Below are positions 39,456 through 49,692 of a stretch of DNA of 64,000 nucleotides, piece by piece. The first letter of the stretch is position 1. Every line of letters starts with the position of its first letter. Both the position numbers and the translations under genes were made by a program. Below the pieces are notes generated by a model, which was not told where the DNA came from, did not search any database, and saw only the letters and a program-made list of their open reading frames with translations. Source of the stretch: Polyangiaceae bacterium. Lineage in GTDB: Bacteria > Myxococcota_A > Polyangia > Polyangiales > Polyangiaceae. The stretch spans positions 32,001-96,000 of the forward strand of contig JBNKBE010000001.1 in the NCBI GenBank assembly GCA_050287085.1. The letters run 5' to 3'.

Positions 39456-39886
39456 TGAGCGCCTCACCTCTTGGGCAGAGCTCAAACGCACCGTCTTGTG
39501 TCGGCTGCGGCGCCTGCTGTGCCCCCACTGCGTCGCTCTCATCCTATGCGGCGGTCAACGAGTTGGACCAGCGCCGATGGTCGCGACGAATGAAAGCAGA
39601 CCTCATCGCCGGAGAGATTCGCTGCGTTCCGCGTCCGGGGGGTGGTTGTCGATGCGTATTCCTCGCGGGTGAACTCGGAAACACCGCGCGCTGCGCCATC
39701 TACTCCGCCAGGCCCTCAGCCTGTCGTCGCTTCGAGTTTGGCTCCGAAGCCTGTCGTGCGGCCAGGGCGGAGGTGCTCGCGCAGGCGCACGACTTCCCGG
39801 CGACCGCCCCGACAGGGCTCACCGCCCCGACACGGGTGCGCGGGGACGACGCAACTCGTACAGCAGTACCGCGGTTGCGGCATTGA
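39452..39886 (+). CDS. YkgJ family cysteine cluster protein
   Basis: CVGCGACC, RCVFL.G, CAIYSARPSACRRF..GSEAC. Confidence 0.85.
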   Translation: MMSASPLGQSSNAPSCVGCGACCAPTASLSSYAAVNELDQRRWSRRMKADLIAGEIRCVPRPGGGCRCVFLAGELGNTARCAIYSARPSACRRFEFGSEACRAARAEVLAQAHDFPATAPTGLTAPTRVRGDDATRTAVPRLRH

Positions 39887-40631
39887 CCGAAAACGAATCG
39901 GCGCCCGCGGGCATCGGAATCGTGACCGCATGTTCACAGCTTTCCTGCACCGCCTCCGAAAGGCCTCGGGCTTCACTGCCGACGATCAAGGCCCCGCTCG
40001 ACAGTGGCGGTACCCGCCACGGAGCCACTCCCCCACGGGCAACGGCCGCAACACGAGCCAGGGCTCCAAGCTCGGACGCGACCCACATCGGCTTCGGCTC
40101 AAACGCCGTTGGCAACCGAAACACGCTGCCCATAGAAGTACGAATAGCCTTCGGATGCCAGGGGTCGCTCGCGCCCACAGCGACCACGCCGGTAGCCCCG
40201 CCAGCCAGCGCCGTGCGCACGAGGGCGCCCACGTTTCCGGGCTCCTCGACGTCGACCAGCACCAACAGAACCCCTCCGTGGTCGCGTGTAGTAGCGACCA
40301 ATTCGAAACTCGATTGATTGGGTCTGGCCTTCACCAATCCCACCGCGTTGGCCCCGCGCTCCGCACACAAGTCCCGCCAGACATCCGCATCCAGCCGGAA
40401 CTCTTGATCCTGCTCAAGCCAACGAGCGAGCGCCGGCCAGCGCTCATTCGAAAGGACGTAGCCGCGGGGCAAGAACAGGTACTGGAGCGACCATCCAGCG
40501 CGCAACGCGCGCTCAATCTGCCGCTCGCCCTCGACCAGCACGACCCCGCTCTGGCGGCGTCCGGCTCGACTTTGCGCCTTCCGGGCTCGCTCTAGGGCCG
40601 AGGCACAGCGCCCGGCATCCGCTCCGTTCAC
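39819..40631 (-). CDS. TrmH/SpoU family RNA methyltransferase
   Basis: LVEGER, PGNVGALVRTA, KAIRTSMGS, VGSEARGLS, IPM..DSFSVNAA; GTGA overlap with osmC. Confidence 0.9.
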   Translation of the reverse strand: MNGADAGRCASALERARKAQSRAGRRQSGVVLVEGERQIERALRAGWSLQYLFLPRGYVLSNERWPALARWLEQDQEFRLDADVWRDLCAERGANAVGLVKARPNQSSFELVATTRDHGGVLLVLVDVEEPGNVGALVRTALAGGATGVVAVGASDPWHPKAIRTSMGSVFRLPTAFEPKPMWVASELGALARVAAVARGGVAPWRVPPLSSGALIVGSEARGLSEAVQESCEHAVTIPMPAGADSFSVNAATAVLLYELRRPRAPVSGR

Positions 40632-41050
40632 GCGCCGAGAAGGGAAGCCTGAAGAGAGATATCCGTGCCGGCAAAAAGACGCGAAATCGGACATTTCGCT
40701 TTCGCGGCAGCTGCCAACTCCTGGAACTTCTCCTCAGTGATGCCGTCCACACGTACCTCGCACTTCAATTGAATATGCGTGATCTTTGGACCGTCGTCGT
40801 TCCCAAGCTCCACCGCTGCGTTGGTGTCGACGCTTTGCGGAACAAGCCCCTCCTTGCTGAGCAGAGCGGAAAGAAACATCGAGTAGCAACCGGCGTGTGC
40901 GGCCGCCACGAGTTCTTCCGGATTGGTACCTTCCCCGGACTCGAATCGAGAGGCGAACGTAAACGGGCCTTCTACTTGGCCGTAGCGCATCGTTCCACGC
41001 CCTTCTTTCAGGGTCCCTTGCCATTGGGCACTAGCGTTTCTGGTCGTCAT
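40628..41050 (-). CDS. osmC: OsmC family peroxiredoxin
   Basis: WQGTLKEGRG, SRFESGEGTNPEELVAAAHAGCYSM, AKAKCPIS. Confidence 0.95.
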   Translation of the reverse strand: MTTRNASAQWQGTLKEGRGTMRYGQVEGPFTFASRFESGEGTNPEELVAAAHAGCYSMFLSALLSKEGLVPQSVDTNAAVELGNDDGPKITHIQLKCEVRVDGITEEKFQELAAAAKAKCPISRLFAGTDISLQASLLGA

Positions 41051-41166
41051 CTCATTTCCTCTCTATTTGGAATTGCTGCAAGACCGCGCACGACAAGCCT
41101 TGTTGCTCGCCAGCGCCGCCGCCGCAGCGACTGCATGCATCACAGGCCCTATCGGCACCAGGGCTT

Positions 41167-41260
41167 AGGGCTCGGGAACGTCATACTACGCCAGCCGAGC
41201 CTTCTGCGGTGACGGGCGGGCTCGACCGGCTCGCAACTGACTTGCCCATCCGCTCGCCCT
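41167..41260 (-). mobile_element. MITE/REP-like short element, copy 1
   Basis: Starts right after the thrC stop. Minus strand AGGGCGAGCGGATGGGCAAGTCAGTTGCGAGCCGGTCGAG; other end AGGGCTCGGGAA (plus strand, 41167) forms an imperfect terminal inverted repeat. Confidence 0.55.
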
Positions 41261-42589
41261 TTAGCTCGGAAAGTGCTTGGCGATCGCGTCAACCACTTGA
41301 CCGTAGTCCGCCGGCAGATTCACCGGCGGATTGGCGTGGTGACTGACGACGTCGTCCAAGTCCCCCTCGTGGTACCGGGCTTTGAACTCGGTAAACTTCA
41401 GACCGTGCGCTGTGGATACGCACACCACTCGTTGATCACTTCCGATCTCCCCGCGGGCGATCAGTTTCTTGAGAGCCGCCAGAGCAACAGCCGTGTGTGG
41501 ACACGTATACATGCCTGTCGCGTCGGCTTCCGCTGCCACATCGGCCAGCTCCTGCTCGGAAGCCTGCTCGACGATCCCATTCATGGCGGCCAGTGCGCGC
41601 AAAGCGCGCGGGGCACTCACCGGATTACCAATCTGGATGGCGCTTGCCTGCGTCGGCTTAGCAGTAATCGGCACTACCGGGTCATGTCCCGCCACAAAGG
41701 CGCGATACAAGGGATTGGCGTTCTCAGCCTGTGCCACCACCAGGCGCGGAAAGCGGTTGATAACGCCCAAGTCCATCATCATCTGAAATCCAGAATACAG
41801 GGCAGATGCGTTACCTAGATTACCCCCTGGAATGATGATCCAGTCGGGCACCTCCCAATCAAATTGCTGTACGACTTCAATCCCGACGGTTTTCTGGCCC
41901 TCCAAGCGCAGCGGGTTCATCGAATTGGCCAAATACACCAATCCTTCCTCCGCCAAACGCTGGATGATTGCCATGCAGCCGTCGAAATCCGTGTCCAGCC
42001 CAAGCACAAGAGCGCGGTGGGCAATCGGCTGAAGGAGCTGCCCGGTGGAAATCTTTCCACGCGGCAACAACACCACCACCGGAAGGCCCGCGGCGGCCCC
42101 ATATGCAGCAAGGCTCGCGCTCGTATCCCCGGTGGAAGCACACGCCAGCGCCTTCACCTTGAGCCCCTGAGAAATCGCCTGATTGACGACGCTCACCAAC
42201 ACGGTCATTCCAAGATCTTTGAAGGAACCTGTATGACTGTTGCCGCACAACTTGACCCAAAGGTCGCTGACCCCAAGCTGGCTTCCTAGACGCTCGGCCC
42301 AAAACAGGTTGCTCTGGCCTTCGCCCATCGAGACGATCTTGTCGTCCCGCATCATGGGCATGACCCATTCGCGCTTTCCCCAAACCCCCGAGCCGTAGGG
42401 CCACATGGTCCCACCGTAGCGCTCATCAAAAAGCTTAACCCAGGCCGCTCCAGATCGACGCTTGAGCGCGTCGATGTCGTGCGCCACCTGGAGCAAGCCC
42501 CCACAGCTCGGACAACGGTACATGGCCGTGGTAACGGGCCAAGCGCCAGCACAACCTTGAAGACATCGAAATTCGGCGGAATACGACAC
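41261..42589 (-). CDS. thrC: Threonine synthase (plant-like subfamily)
   Basis: [15 protein letters not shown] (PLP Lys), [37 protein letters not shown]. Confidence 0.95.
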   Translation of the reverse strand: MSYSAEFRCLQGCAGAWPVTTAMYRCPSCGGLLQVAHDIDALKRRSGAAWVKLFDERYGGTMWPYGSGVWGKREWVMPMMRDDKIVSMGEGQSNLFWAERLGSQLGVSDLWVKLCGNSHTGSFKDLGMTVLVSVVNQAISQGLKVKALACASTGDTSASLAAYGAAAGLPVVVLLPRGKISTGQLLQPIAHRALVLGLDTDFDGCMAIIQRLAEEGLVYLANSMNPLRLEGQKTVGIEVVQQFDWEVPDWIIIPGGNLGNASALYSGFQMMMDLGVINRFPRLVVAQAENANPLYRAFVAGHDPVVPITAKPTQASAIQIGNPVSAPRALRALAAMNGIVEQASEQELADVAAEADATGMYTCPHTAVALAALKKLIARGEIGSDQRVVCVSTAHGLKFTEFKARYHEGDLDDVVSHHANPPVNLPADYGQVVDAIAKHFPS

Positions 42590-42654
42590 GGGCGGACTAT
42601 ATCCGGGAAGCCTCACATTGCAACCAACTCAAGAAACTGGCGTCGCTGGGGCAA

Positions 42655-43578
42655 ATGGTGGAGACCGCAGCGATGACGGTCCAGGGCCCGCAATCGACTC
42701 GAATCGCGTTCGCGGCCAGGGCTGCCGGCGGCGCGGGCGCCCAAGAACCTGCGCCCTGGGGGGCGCCCCGTCGGCCGAGAAGCAGCTCGGAGCGGACGCC
42801 GAACCGCCTCCTGGGCCTCACTCTGCTGTGCGTGCCGCTGACAACCGGCTGCCATTCGGAGGGGCCGGACGTTTTGGCCGAGCTGCCCGGACCCCGCCCC
42901 GCTCGTGTCCGAGAAGCTCTGAGCACGTATACCCGAATGCAGCTGACAAGCGGGGCGCTGTCGCTGACCTTGCTTCGGGACAAGTCACCTTTTCATCTAG
43001 AGCTGCCTCTTACGTCTGGAGAGCTGCAGTTGGCGGGCCCCACTCTGGGAGCCTCGTCGGGACAATTGCGCTTCGACCTTGCGCACCTGCGCCCAGTGGA
43101 CGCAGCCGACGAGGATGTTGCGCTGCTGCGCCGAGCGCTGTCTCAAACGGTACAGGGCTCTGTGCCTGAGGAGCTGGGTGGCTTTCAGTTGCTGGAAATG
43201 CTCGGTTCGGGAGGTGAGCGCCCGCTGAGCGGAGCCTTAACACCGAGCGACCGCGGCACGCTCGCACGATGGCGCGGCTTGTTGCAGCTGCACGGAGTGC
43301 GCGCGGAACTCGTGCTCGATGTACGACTACACGTTGCACGCGGAGGGGCTCTGGAGAGCCTTGACGTAGAATCGGTGCGTCCGACGCGAATAGACCTCCG
43401 GACCTACGCCCTATCGGCCGCAAACCCTCTCGTCCCAAGCTCCCCACAGGACAGCGAGACCCCTCCGCAGTGGGAAAGACTGTCGGCCCACGGCCGACTC
43501 GAGCTGCGAGCCCACTTCCGCCGCACTGAGCGCTCCGTCACTGCGCCGCCCACGACGCCGAACTCCAGCCGCCCTTAG
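42655..43578 (+). CDS. Hypothetical lipoprotein, possibly YceI-like
   Basis: Lipobox LTTGC; GQLRFDLAHL and GLLQLHGVR patterns resemble YceI; start uncertain. Confidence 0.55.
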   Translation: MVETAAMTVQGPQSTRIAFAARAAGGAGAQEPAPWGAPRRPRSSSERTPNRLLGLTLLCVPLTTGCHSEGPDVLAELPGPRPARVREALSTYTRMQLTSGALSLTLLRDKSPFHLELPLTSGELQLAGPTLGASSGQLRFDLAHLRPVDAADEDVALLRRALSQTVQGSVPEELGGFQLLEMLGSGGERPLSGALTPSDRGTLARWRGLLQLHGVRAELVLDVRLHVARGGALESLDVESVRPTRIDLRTYALSAANPLVPSSPQDSETPPQWERLSAHGRLELRAHFRRTERSVTAPPTTPNSSRP

Positions 43579-43658
43579 GCCGCAAACGCATTCCAGCTCC
43601 CTGGATGCTTTACACGCTCGAGAAATAGCGCTTTTCCTGCGTCCACTTTCACGGCAGA

Positions 43659-45836
43659 TTGCAACTTGGTTTGAGTACGCGCAGTCCACTTGATAGGCCA
43701 GAGCTGAGGGAGCTCGATGCCGCGCTCGACGCAGGCGAACTCGAACGCGCCCAGCAGCTTCTCAGCAGTCACCAACAAGTGTTGGACGACGAGCTCGCGT
43801 CCAGCTACTTGACGACCAAACTCTTGTTTCTGCGCGGCCGATTGGACTCGGTTGGAGTGGCGGAGCGCATGACAGAATTGCTTCGCGTTGCGCCCCACTT
43901 TGAAGAGGCGGCAGAGCTCTTGGCTCTAACCCGCAGCGCGCGCCCCCCATCAACGCCAACACGCTTTCAGGCTGCGGTGAGCGTCGCAGCGGCGGCAGCC
44001 AGGGCCTCCCGTGCCATCGAAGCCACGCCGCATACGTCGGATGCACGCACCCAGGATGCGTCCGGCCCTGAACCCGCAGGTGCCGTCACCTCCTGGCAGC
44101 CCACGCTGCCTCCGGGGAGCACTGCGCCCCCGGAGAGCGCTGCGCCCCCGGAGAGCGCTGCGCCCCCGGAGAGCGCTGCGCCTCCCGCGAGCAGTGCGCA
44201 CTCGGCCAATACGACGCGCTCGGCAGGCGCAACGCAACCAGCCCGCGCCGCGCGCTCCGTCCCTCCAAGCTTCGCCCCTGACTCGTTCGCTCCGCCTCGA
44301 GGTGCAACCGCGCCCAGCATGCCTCCTCTTGACGCCTCGTTCTCGGCCCACGACGAGTTCGAGTTCGATGAACCGGCGGCGTCGCTGCAAGCGCCACGGG
44401 TTCCATCCGAAACACTCGCCCGCCCGTTCATGTCCAACGGACACCGAGATACAAGGGCTCTCGAGGCTAGCGATATCGTCGCCTCCGCAGATGCAAGTCC
44501 GGCACTGCCGCTCGACGCGCCCGCCGTACCAGAGCTGACCGTGGGCTTGACGTCACCCGCAGAGCGTGCCGGCGAAGCTTTGCGGCCCCCGGAACGCCGC
44601 AGCATTTCGGTGGATACACGCCCTCGAACGCCCGAACCGGCAGCATCCGTACCGCCACCGGGACGCTGGCAACAAGCCGGAGATAGCTATCGTCCGGAAG
44701 GCCGATACAACGCCACGCGGGACGCCCTTTCACTCCCCCCCGCGGAGTACCTCTCAGTCCCTCCCGACGCCGACTCTGCGTCTCCCAGGGCGTCCAGCGC
44801 GCCGCCCCAAGACCACCAGCCTCGCGCCCCGCGGCTTTCGTCCCGGCCACTGCCGGCAGCATCAGGCTCCCTCAGCCCACATTCGCCAGACCGCAGCTTC
44901 TGGTCGAGTTTGGAGCTCGGGCTATGGCGCGCGGAACATGCCGAAGCGGTCGAGGCCGTCGAAGCACTGGCAGCACAAGCCACGCGCGAGCTCGGCACAA
45001 ACCCCACCTTGGGCCGGGTTGCAAGCGCCGCGGCAGCGTTGTTTTCAGCAGCCCCCGTGCTGCGGCTGTTCGCCCCCTACGACCAGTCGCTCACCAGCCT
45101 ATCTAGACTCGATATCGCACTCGCCGCTCTGGCCGGTCCCCGCCCCGAGCGCTTGCATTGCCCCCACCTGGTGTTGATGACGGGCTCCTATCTGGGAGAA
45201 ACCCTTCGCCATGCCCACCGCGGAGCGTGGCATGGCGAACCGTCGCGCGTCGTCGCTTTGCGCGTTCACCACGGGAGCACTCGTTGGGCCCCTTTTCAGC
45301 TCATGCGCCAGCGCTTCGCCGGCGAAGAACGCCGCACCCTCGCTGGTGCACTGGAAGGACTCGCACCGCCGGGAACTCCCCCCTGGTTTGAGTGCCGGCC
45401 AGCGCCCTCCGACAAGCGCTGGTGGGACGAGCTCCCGTCGACGACGGAACTCTCCGGTCTTTCCCAGAGTCTGACGCATTCCCCATTTTCAATGCTGTGC
45501 CGCGCGTTGTACGGGCGCAGACTCGATCAGAGCATGGACAGCGTCGACGCACTCGCTAGCCTCTTCGGCACCCTGACGGCTAGTCCAACTCCGCTGAGCG
45601 GCCACGAACGCTGGCTTGAACGCCTGTGCGTGCTGTTCGGTGCATACGTCGGCTCCCTCCTGAAAACCCACAGCGGTGCGGCTTGGCAATTGCGCCCCAT
45701 CGAGCGCCTCGAGGACTACGCCTTGACCCTGCCCACCGGACACATAACAACCCCCATGACCGTCGTCCGGCGCCAGGCATTGTGCCAAGAACCCGAGCAA
45801 TTGGCCCTTTACATCCGAGAGCTTGCAACGGCTTGA
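43659..45836 (+). CDS. Hypothetical protein: helical N-terminus, Pro/Ala/Ser-rich linker, two C-terminal repeats (DUF3806-like)
   Basis: YDQSLTSLSRLD..GSYLGETLR..GAW repeated as LDQSMDSVDAL..GAYVGSLLK..GAAW. Confidence 0.7.
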   Translation: MQLGLSTRSPLDRPELRELDAALDAGELERAQQLLSSHQQVLDDELASSYLTTKLLFLRGRLDSVGVAERMTELLRVAPHFEEAAELLALTRSARPPSTPTRFQAAVSVAAAAARASRAIEATPHTSDARTQDASGPEPAGAVTSWQPTLPPGSTAPPESAAPPESAAPPESAAPPASSAHSANTTRSAGATQPARAARSVPPSFAPDSFAPPRGATAPSMPPLDASFSAHDEFEFDEPAASLQAPRVPSETLARPFMSNGHRDTRALEASDIVASADASPALPLDAPAVPELTVGLTSPAERAGEALRPPERRSISVDTRPRTPEPAASVPPPGRWQQAGDSYRPEGRYNATRDALSLPPAEYLSVPPDADSASPRASSAPPQDHQPRAPRLSSRPLPAASGSLSPHSPDRSFWSSLELGLWRAEHAEAVEAVEALAAQATRELGTNPTLGRVASAAAALFSAAPVLRLFAPYDQSLTSLSRLDIALAALAGPRPERLHCPHLVLMTGSYLGETLRHAHRGAWHGEPSRVVALRVHHGSTRWAPFQLMRQRFAGEERRTLAGALEGLAPPGTPPWFECRPAPSDKRWWDELPSTTELSGLSQSLTHSPFSMLCRALYGRRLDQSMDSVDALASLFGTLTASPTPLSGHERWLERLCVLFGAYVGSLLKTHSGAAWQLRPIERLEDYALTLPTGHITTPMTVVRRQALCQEPEQLALYIRELATA
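44122..44182. repeat. 18-bp coding tandem repeat x3 (APPESA)
   Basis: CTGCGCCCCCGGAGAGCG x3. Confidence 0.9.
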
Positions 45837-45933
45837 GCGGCAGCCATTTCGCCCAACGCGGGGCCGTGCGCAACATTCTCGCGCGCAGTCCCAGATCCGA
45901 CCACGCTGACCAGCCCAACGCGGCGTTGACCCG

Positions 45934-45949
45934 CGGCACACCTCTTGCT
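45934..45949 (+). promoter_or_regulatory. Sigma54 promoter
   Basis: CGGCAC-ACCTC-TTGCT, 15 bp before the ATG at 45965. Confidence 0.65.
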
Positions 45950-45964
45950 TCGCTTCGCCTCAGT

Positions 45965-46753
45965 ATGAGCCACCCACCCTTTTCACTACATGCCGCTGTT
46001 TTGCTTCTGGCTCTCGGCGCCTCAGGTTGTGGCCTGAACATGGATGTCGACTTCGACCAGGACGCCGGCGCCATGGCATCCGATGCGGGCGCAGGTGCTC
46101 TGGAGGATGTCGCCAAGCGCTGCCAGCGGCCGCGCGGCGCCGCCGCCGACCCCACCGACATCGAGTCACTGGCGAACTATCTGGACGCCATGCGCCGCGA
46201 AAGTGACGAACCCGTTGCGCTGAGTTGCTTCGTCGAATCGCTCACCGGGCCGCTCAGGGTTCAAAGCACGGCCAGCGTCTTCAGCGCGCAGCCCGCAGAC
46301 AGCAAGAACGATCCCCGTATCTTCCTCTTTCTGGGTGAGCGGCTCATTCTGTCGGTAGTGCCCATGGGTGATACCTCAAACATGCTGGAAGTCAGCGAAC
46401 TTCAATCGCCCACCCGATCCTTCAAGGCTGAGTTCGAGTTCCCCCTGGAGAAACGCTTGAAGGAGGTGATGGCGGATCATCGCTTCATGCCCAATGGCAT
46501 CAGCGTCTGCGCGCTCTGTCACTCCGATGAGGTTCCCGTCGAGGACTATCCTTTCGCCAACGCGACGCTCTCCAACGCGCTCAAGCCGATGCCTCAGCTC
46601 GAAGTAACGCTCGAGTACATGCAGAAAGAGACGTTCGAATGCCCCGCCGACAAGACGCCCGAGCGCTGTGCTCTCTTGCGTGCCGTGTTTTCGCGAAGCG
46701 ACCTGACGCGAGGAGAGTTTCCAAACGAAATGCCCACCTTCTTCACCTTTTAA
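45965..46753 (+). CDS. Lipoprotein with a single CxxCH heme-binding motif
   Basis: Lipobox GASGC; CALCH; four additional Cys in the mature part. Confidence 0.75.
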   Translation: MSHPPFSLHAAVLLLALGASGCGLNMDVDFDQDAGAMASDAGAGALEDVAKRCQRPRGAAADPTDIESLANYLDAMRRESDEPVALSCFVESLTGPLRVQSTASVFSAQPADSKNDPRIFLFLGERLILSVVPMGDTSNMLEVSELQSPTRSFKAEFEFPLEKRLKEVMADHRFMPNGISVCALCHSDEVPVEDYPFANATLSNALKPMPQLEVTLEYMQKETFECPADKTPERCALLRAVFSRSDLTRGEFPNEMPTFFTF

Positions 46754-46841
46754 GGGCCCGCAGATAGGAAAGTCAGTCGCGAGCCGGCAGCTACCGGTCC
46801 GCAGATGGGAAAGTCAGTCGCGAGCCGGCAGCTGCCGGCTC
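46753..46841 (+). repeat. MITE/REP-like element, copies 2 and 3 (41-bp tandem duplication)
   Basis: CCGCAGAT[AG]GGAAAGTCAGTCGCGAGCCGGCAGCT twice; ends in the 20-bp palindrome GAGCCGGCAGCTGCCGGCTC; fills the gap between convergent stops. Confidence 0.85.
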
Positions 46842-47442
46842 AGCAAGCTCGTCTTCCGAGGCCGATGAGGAAGACCTCCACACTGCTGCCCCGCGTTCCA
46901 CGGGGCTTGGCAATCTTCACGGATGAGTACAACGCGGCGACGTCGGCTCGTGCCTGCTCGAAGTCCGCTCCCATGAAGAGTTTGCCGCAGAAGCTGGAAC
47001 CGTCGAGACCGTAGCGCTCTGCGACCGCCAGGGCTTGGGAGAATAGCAGGTAGCTGCGCGCGGCATTCTGAGCCTTATTCGCCCCCGTATTGGGGGCCAT
47101 GTCGCTCAAAACGCAATCAAAGGGCGCATGGGGTTGAAGCACCCCCTGATCCAAGTCCAAAGCATCGCCCTGCACGACCGTTACATGCGGCTCAAAGCGT
47201 TGTTCAATGGCTTGCAAGTCCACCGCCAGCAAACGACCGCTCGGACCGATCACTCGCGACACATACAGACTCCAAGAGCCTGGTGCCGCGCCGAGATCAA
47301 CTACCGCATGACCCGCACGAAGCAGGTGATACTTGCTATCGATCTCCTCCAGCTTGAACACGCTGCGAGCGGGATAGCCCTGGGCACGGGCTGCACGGGT
47401 TCGATGATCACCCCCGACGTAGGGACTTCGTCTACCGCTCAT
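46840..47442 (-). CDS. rlmE: 23S rRNA Um2552 methyltransferase RlmE/FtsJ
   Basis: GYPARSVFKLEEID, VVDLGAAPGSWS, VLSDMAPN, KP..R..S.E. Confidence 0.92.
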   Translation of the reverse strand: MSGRRSPYVGGDHRTRAARAQGYPARSVFKLEEIDSKYHLLRAGHAVVDLGAAPGSWSLYVSRVIGPSGRLLAVDLQAIEQRFEPHVTVVQGDALDLDQGVLQPHAPFDCVLSDMAPNTGANKAQNAARSYLLFSQALAVAERYGLDGSSFCGKLFMGADFEQARADVAALYSSVKIAKPRGTRGSSVEVFLIGLGRRAC

Positions 47443-48431
47443 TCGACCACCAGCCTCAAACTCTTGGTGTGCACGCTTCCGTCCCGAGCTGGAGGACAAT
47501 CCAGGGGCGGCTCAGGATGCACTAGCTGACGGACGCGGCGCGCCGCGCGCTGCGCAGCCTGGAGGACCCAATCGGCAAACTCATCGCTGCGGGTGGCACG
47601 ATGATTCGTGACGCAGAGCAGAGCCCCCCCAGGAGCGAGCAGTCTGATCGTGTCTTCCACTAGCTCGCCGTAGTCGCGAGCAACGGAAAACGAGCGCGAA
47701 CCATGAGATGAGAAGCTGGGTGGATCCAGCACTATGAGATCGTAGCGATCGGCCCGACGAACGGCTCGCGGCACCCACTTACGAGCGTCGTCGCGCAACA
47801 AGCGATGCGTCGAAGGGTCTAGCTGATTGAGCGCCAGGTTCTCTGCGCCCCGTCTCAGTACGCTGCCGGAGAGGTCGACACTGGTCACCTGTGATGCCCC
47901 TCCGAGTCCCGCAGCGACACTGAAGGAGCACGTGTAGGCAAACAGATTGAGCACCCGCAACCCGCGGGCTGCTCCTTGAAGCCACGAGCGGTTGTCGCGC
48001 TGATCGAGAAAGAGCCCCGTCGACAGCCCATCGTCGAGGCGCACATGATACCTACGTCCTGCCTCGTGAACGATCAGGCCGTCACACGGCGCGCCCGTGA
48101 GGGGAGCATCCGCGGGCAACTCCGATGGAGACAGCCGGCGCAGATCCGCTTTGCGTCGGGTCTTGAGGTACACACCGACCAAGCCCAATTCCAACAGAGC
48201 AGACGCTACCTGCGGCGCCAAGGCCGAGGCCTGCGCCGTGTAGGTGCTCAGGGCCGCCCAATCGCCGTATAGGTCAACGGTCAGCCCCTGAAGCTCGTCA
48301 GCATCGGCGTCGTGCACTCGCAGCGCGTCGGTCTGGGCAAACAGACTGGCGCGCTTACGCGCCGCGCGGAGCAAACGCCCCTTCAGGCCCTGGGCCTGTG
48401 TCTCTGATAGGTCGTCGAGGGTGAGCGGCAT
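47439..48431 (-). CDS. RlmI/RlmK-like class I SAM-dependent rRNA methyltransferase
   Basis: STGLFLDQRDNR, VLNLFAYTCSFSV, VDLS, DLIVLDPPSF. Confidence 0.9.
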   Translation of the reverse strand: MPLTLDDLSETQAQGLKGRLLRAARKRASLFAQTDALRVHDADADELQGLTVDLYGDWAALSTYTAQASALAPQVASALLELGLVGVYLKTRRKADLRRLSPSELPADAPLTGAPCDGLIVHEAGRRYHVRLDDGLSTGLFLDQRDNRSWLQGAARGLRVLNLFAYTCSFSVAAGLGGASQVTSVDLSGSVLRRGAENLALNQLDPSTHRLLRDDARKWVPRAVRRADRYDLIVLDPPSFSSHGSRSFSVARDYGELVEDTIRLLAPGGALLCVTNHRATRSDEFADWVLQAAQRAARRVRQLVHPEPPLDCPPARDGSVHTKSLRLVVE

Positions 48432-48481
48432 CGCTTCGCTCCGGTCACCCTCGGGAGACCCGCACGTCAGTCCGCCGGGGC

Positions 48482-49150
48482 TTAGGCCGCCGGACGACCC
48501 GCGTTCTTCTTCTTGTTGGCGCCGCGCAGCTCGACAATGCCATTGGCAGAGCCCGGGATCCCGCCGCGAACGAGAAGCAGTCCCTTCTCTTCGAGAATCT
48601 TCACGATCGGCTGATTCAACACGCTGATCTGCTTGTTGCCGTGTTGCCCCGCCATACGGCGGCCCGGCAATACGCGACCCGGGGTCATGTTGGTACCGAT
48701 GGACCCGCCGTGCCGCTTGGTTTCGTGCACACCGTGAGAGCGCTTGGTACCGTGGAAATTGTGGCGGCGCATAACGCCGGTGAAGCCACGACCGCGGGAG
48801 ACGCCGCGAATGTCGAGGAACTGCCCCTCCACAAACACGTCGGTGGCCTTGAGTTGCTGACCGAGCTCGTATTTTCCAAGCTCCGATGCATCACAGCGGA
48901 ACTCCCGCACCACCTGCGGAGCGCCGGCTTCTTGGTCCTTGAACTGGCCCGCAAGAGGCTTGCTGGTGCGGACTGCTTTGCGCTTGCCTTGCCCCAGAAT
49001 CAGTGCGTCGTAGCCGTCTTTCTCGGCCGTTCGCTTGCCGACGACGGTACAGGTCACATCGATAACGGTGCACGGCGTGACCGTACCGTCTTCGCTGACC
49101 ACCTGGGTCATGCCAATTTTCTTGCCTAGAATGCCTGCGTTCTTGTTCAT
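48482..49150 (-). CDS. rplC: 50S ribosomal protein L3
   Basis: GILGKKIGMTQ, KDGYDA, SRGRGFTGVMRRHNF, GSIG..TPGRV, LLVRGGIPG. Confidence 0.97.
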   Translation of the reverse strand: MNKNAGILGKKIGMTQVVSEDGTVTPCTVIDVTCTVVGKRTAEKDGYDALILGQGKRKAVRTSKPLAGQFKDQEAGAPQVVREFRCDASELGKYELGQQLKATDVFVEGQFLDIRGVSRGRGFTGVMRRHNFHGTKRSHGVHETKRHGGSIGTNMTPGRVLPGRRMAGQHGNKQISVLNQPIVKILEEKGLLLVRGGIPGSANGIVELRGANKKKNAGRPAA

Positions 49151-49350
49151 GGTCTTGCTGCTCCTTCACGGCCATTGACGTCGCTCTGACGGACGCCAAG
49201 TGGGCCGCACCCGGCGCGTGCCGATCGGTCGGCACGCCTCGCTGAAGAATCGAGTCGGGTTTGGTTGCGGTCTGTCGCGTTACCGGGCAAAGAGGCTCAC
49301 GGCCTATGCACCGGCTTGCGACCCAATTGACTGAGGTCGAAAGGACGGGC

Positions 49351-49379
49351 GGTCTAGCGGCTCGGAGCGCCGTCGTCAA
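49351..49379 (-). promoter_or_regulatory. Sigma70-like promoter for rplC
   Basis: Minus strand TTGACG-N17-TAGACC. Confidence 0.5.
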
Positions 49380-49456
49380 GGCGCAGAATGCCGCAAGCCA
49401 CACGCCGGATCCGGGAACGGCCTGGTGCGCGGGGCACACGGGACGCACAAAGCGTA

Positions 49457-49484
49457 TTGACTGACAGCCGACGGAATGCATAAT
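49457..49484 (+). promoter_or_regulatory. Sigma70-like promoter for rplS
   Basis: TTGACT-N16-CATAAT. Confidence 0.55.
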
Positions 49485-49692
49485 CCCGCTCCCCGGCGAG
49501 GCTCGAGGCGCGGCCCATCATCAAGCGGCCCAGAGCTGAGTAGTCCGGTGTCACGCAGAACCAGGCAGTCAGAATTACGGAAGCGCGAGCGCCAAGCGGC
49601 ACGCGCAGACTCCGGAATATGAGCCGTCTGGGCGCACGGCACGCGCGGGGTGGACGACTACGGCCCGGAACTTGACCGGGTGGAGACGCATC

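Noticed and set aside
46753..46841. Mini CRISPR array
   Set aside because: Two directly abutting 41-bp units with no unique spacer, and no cas genes.
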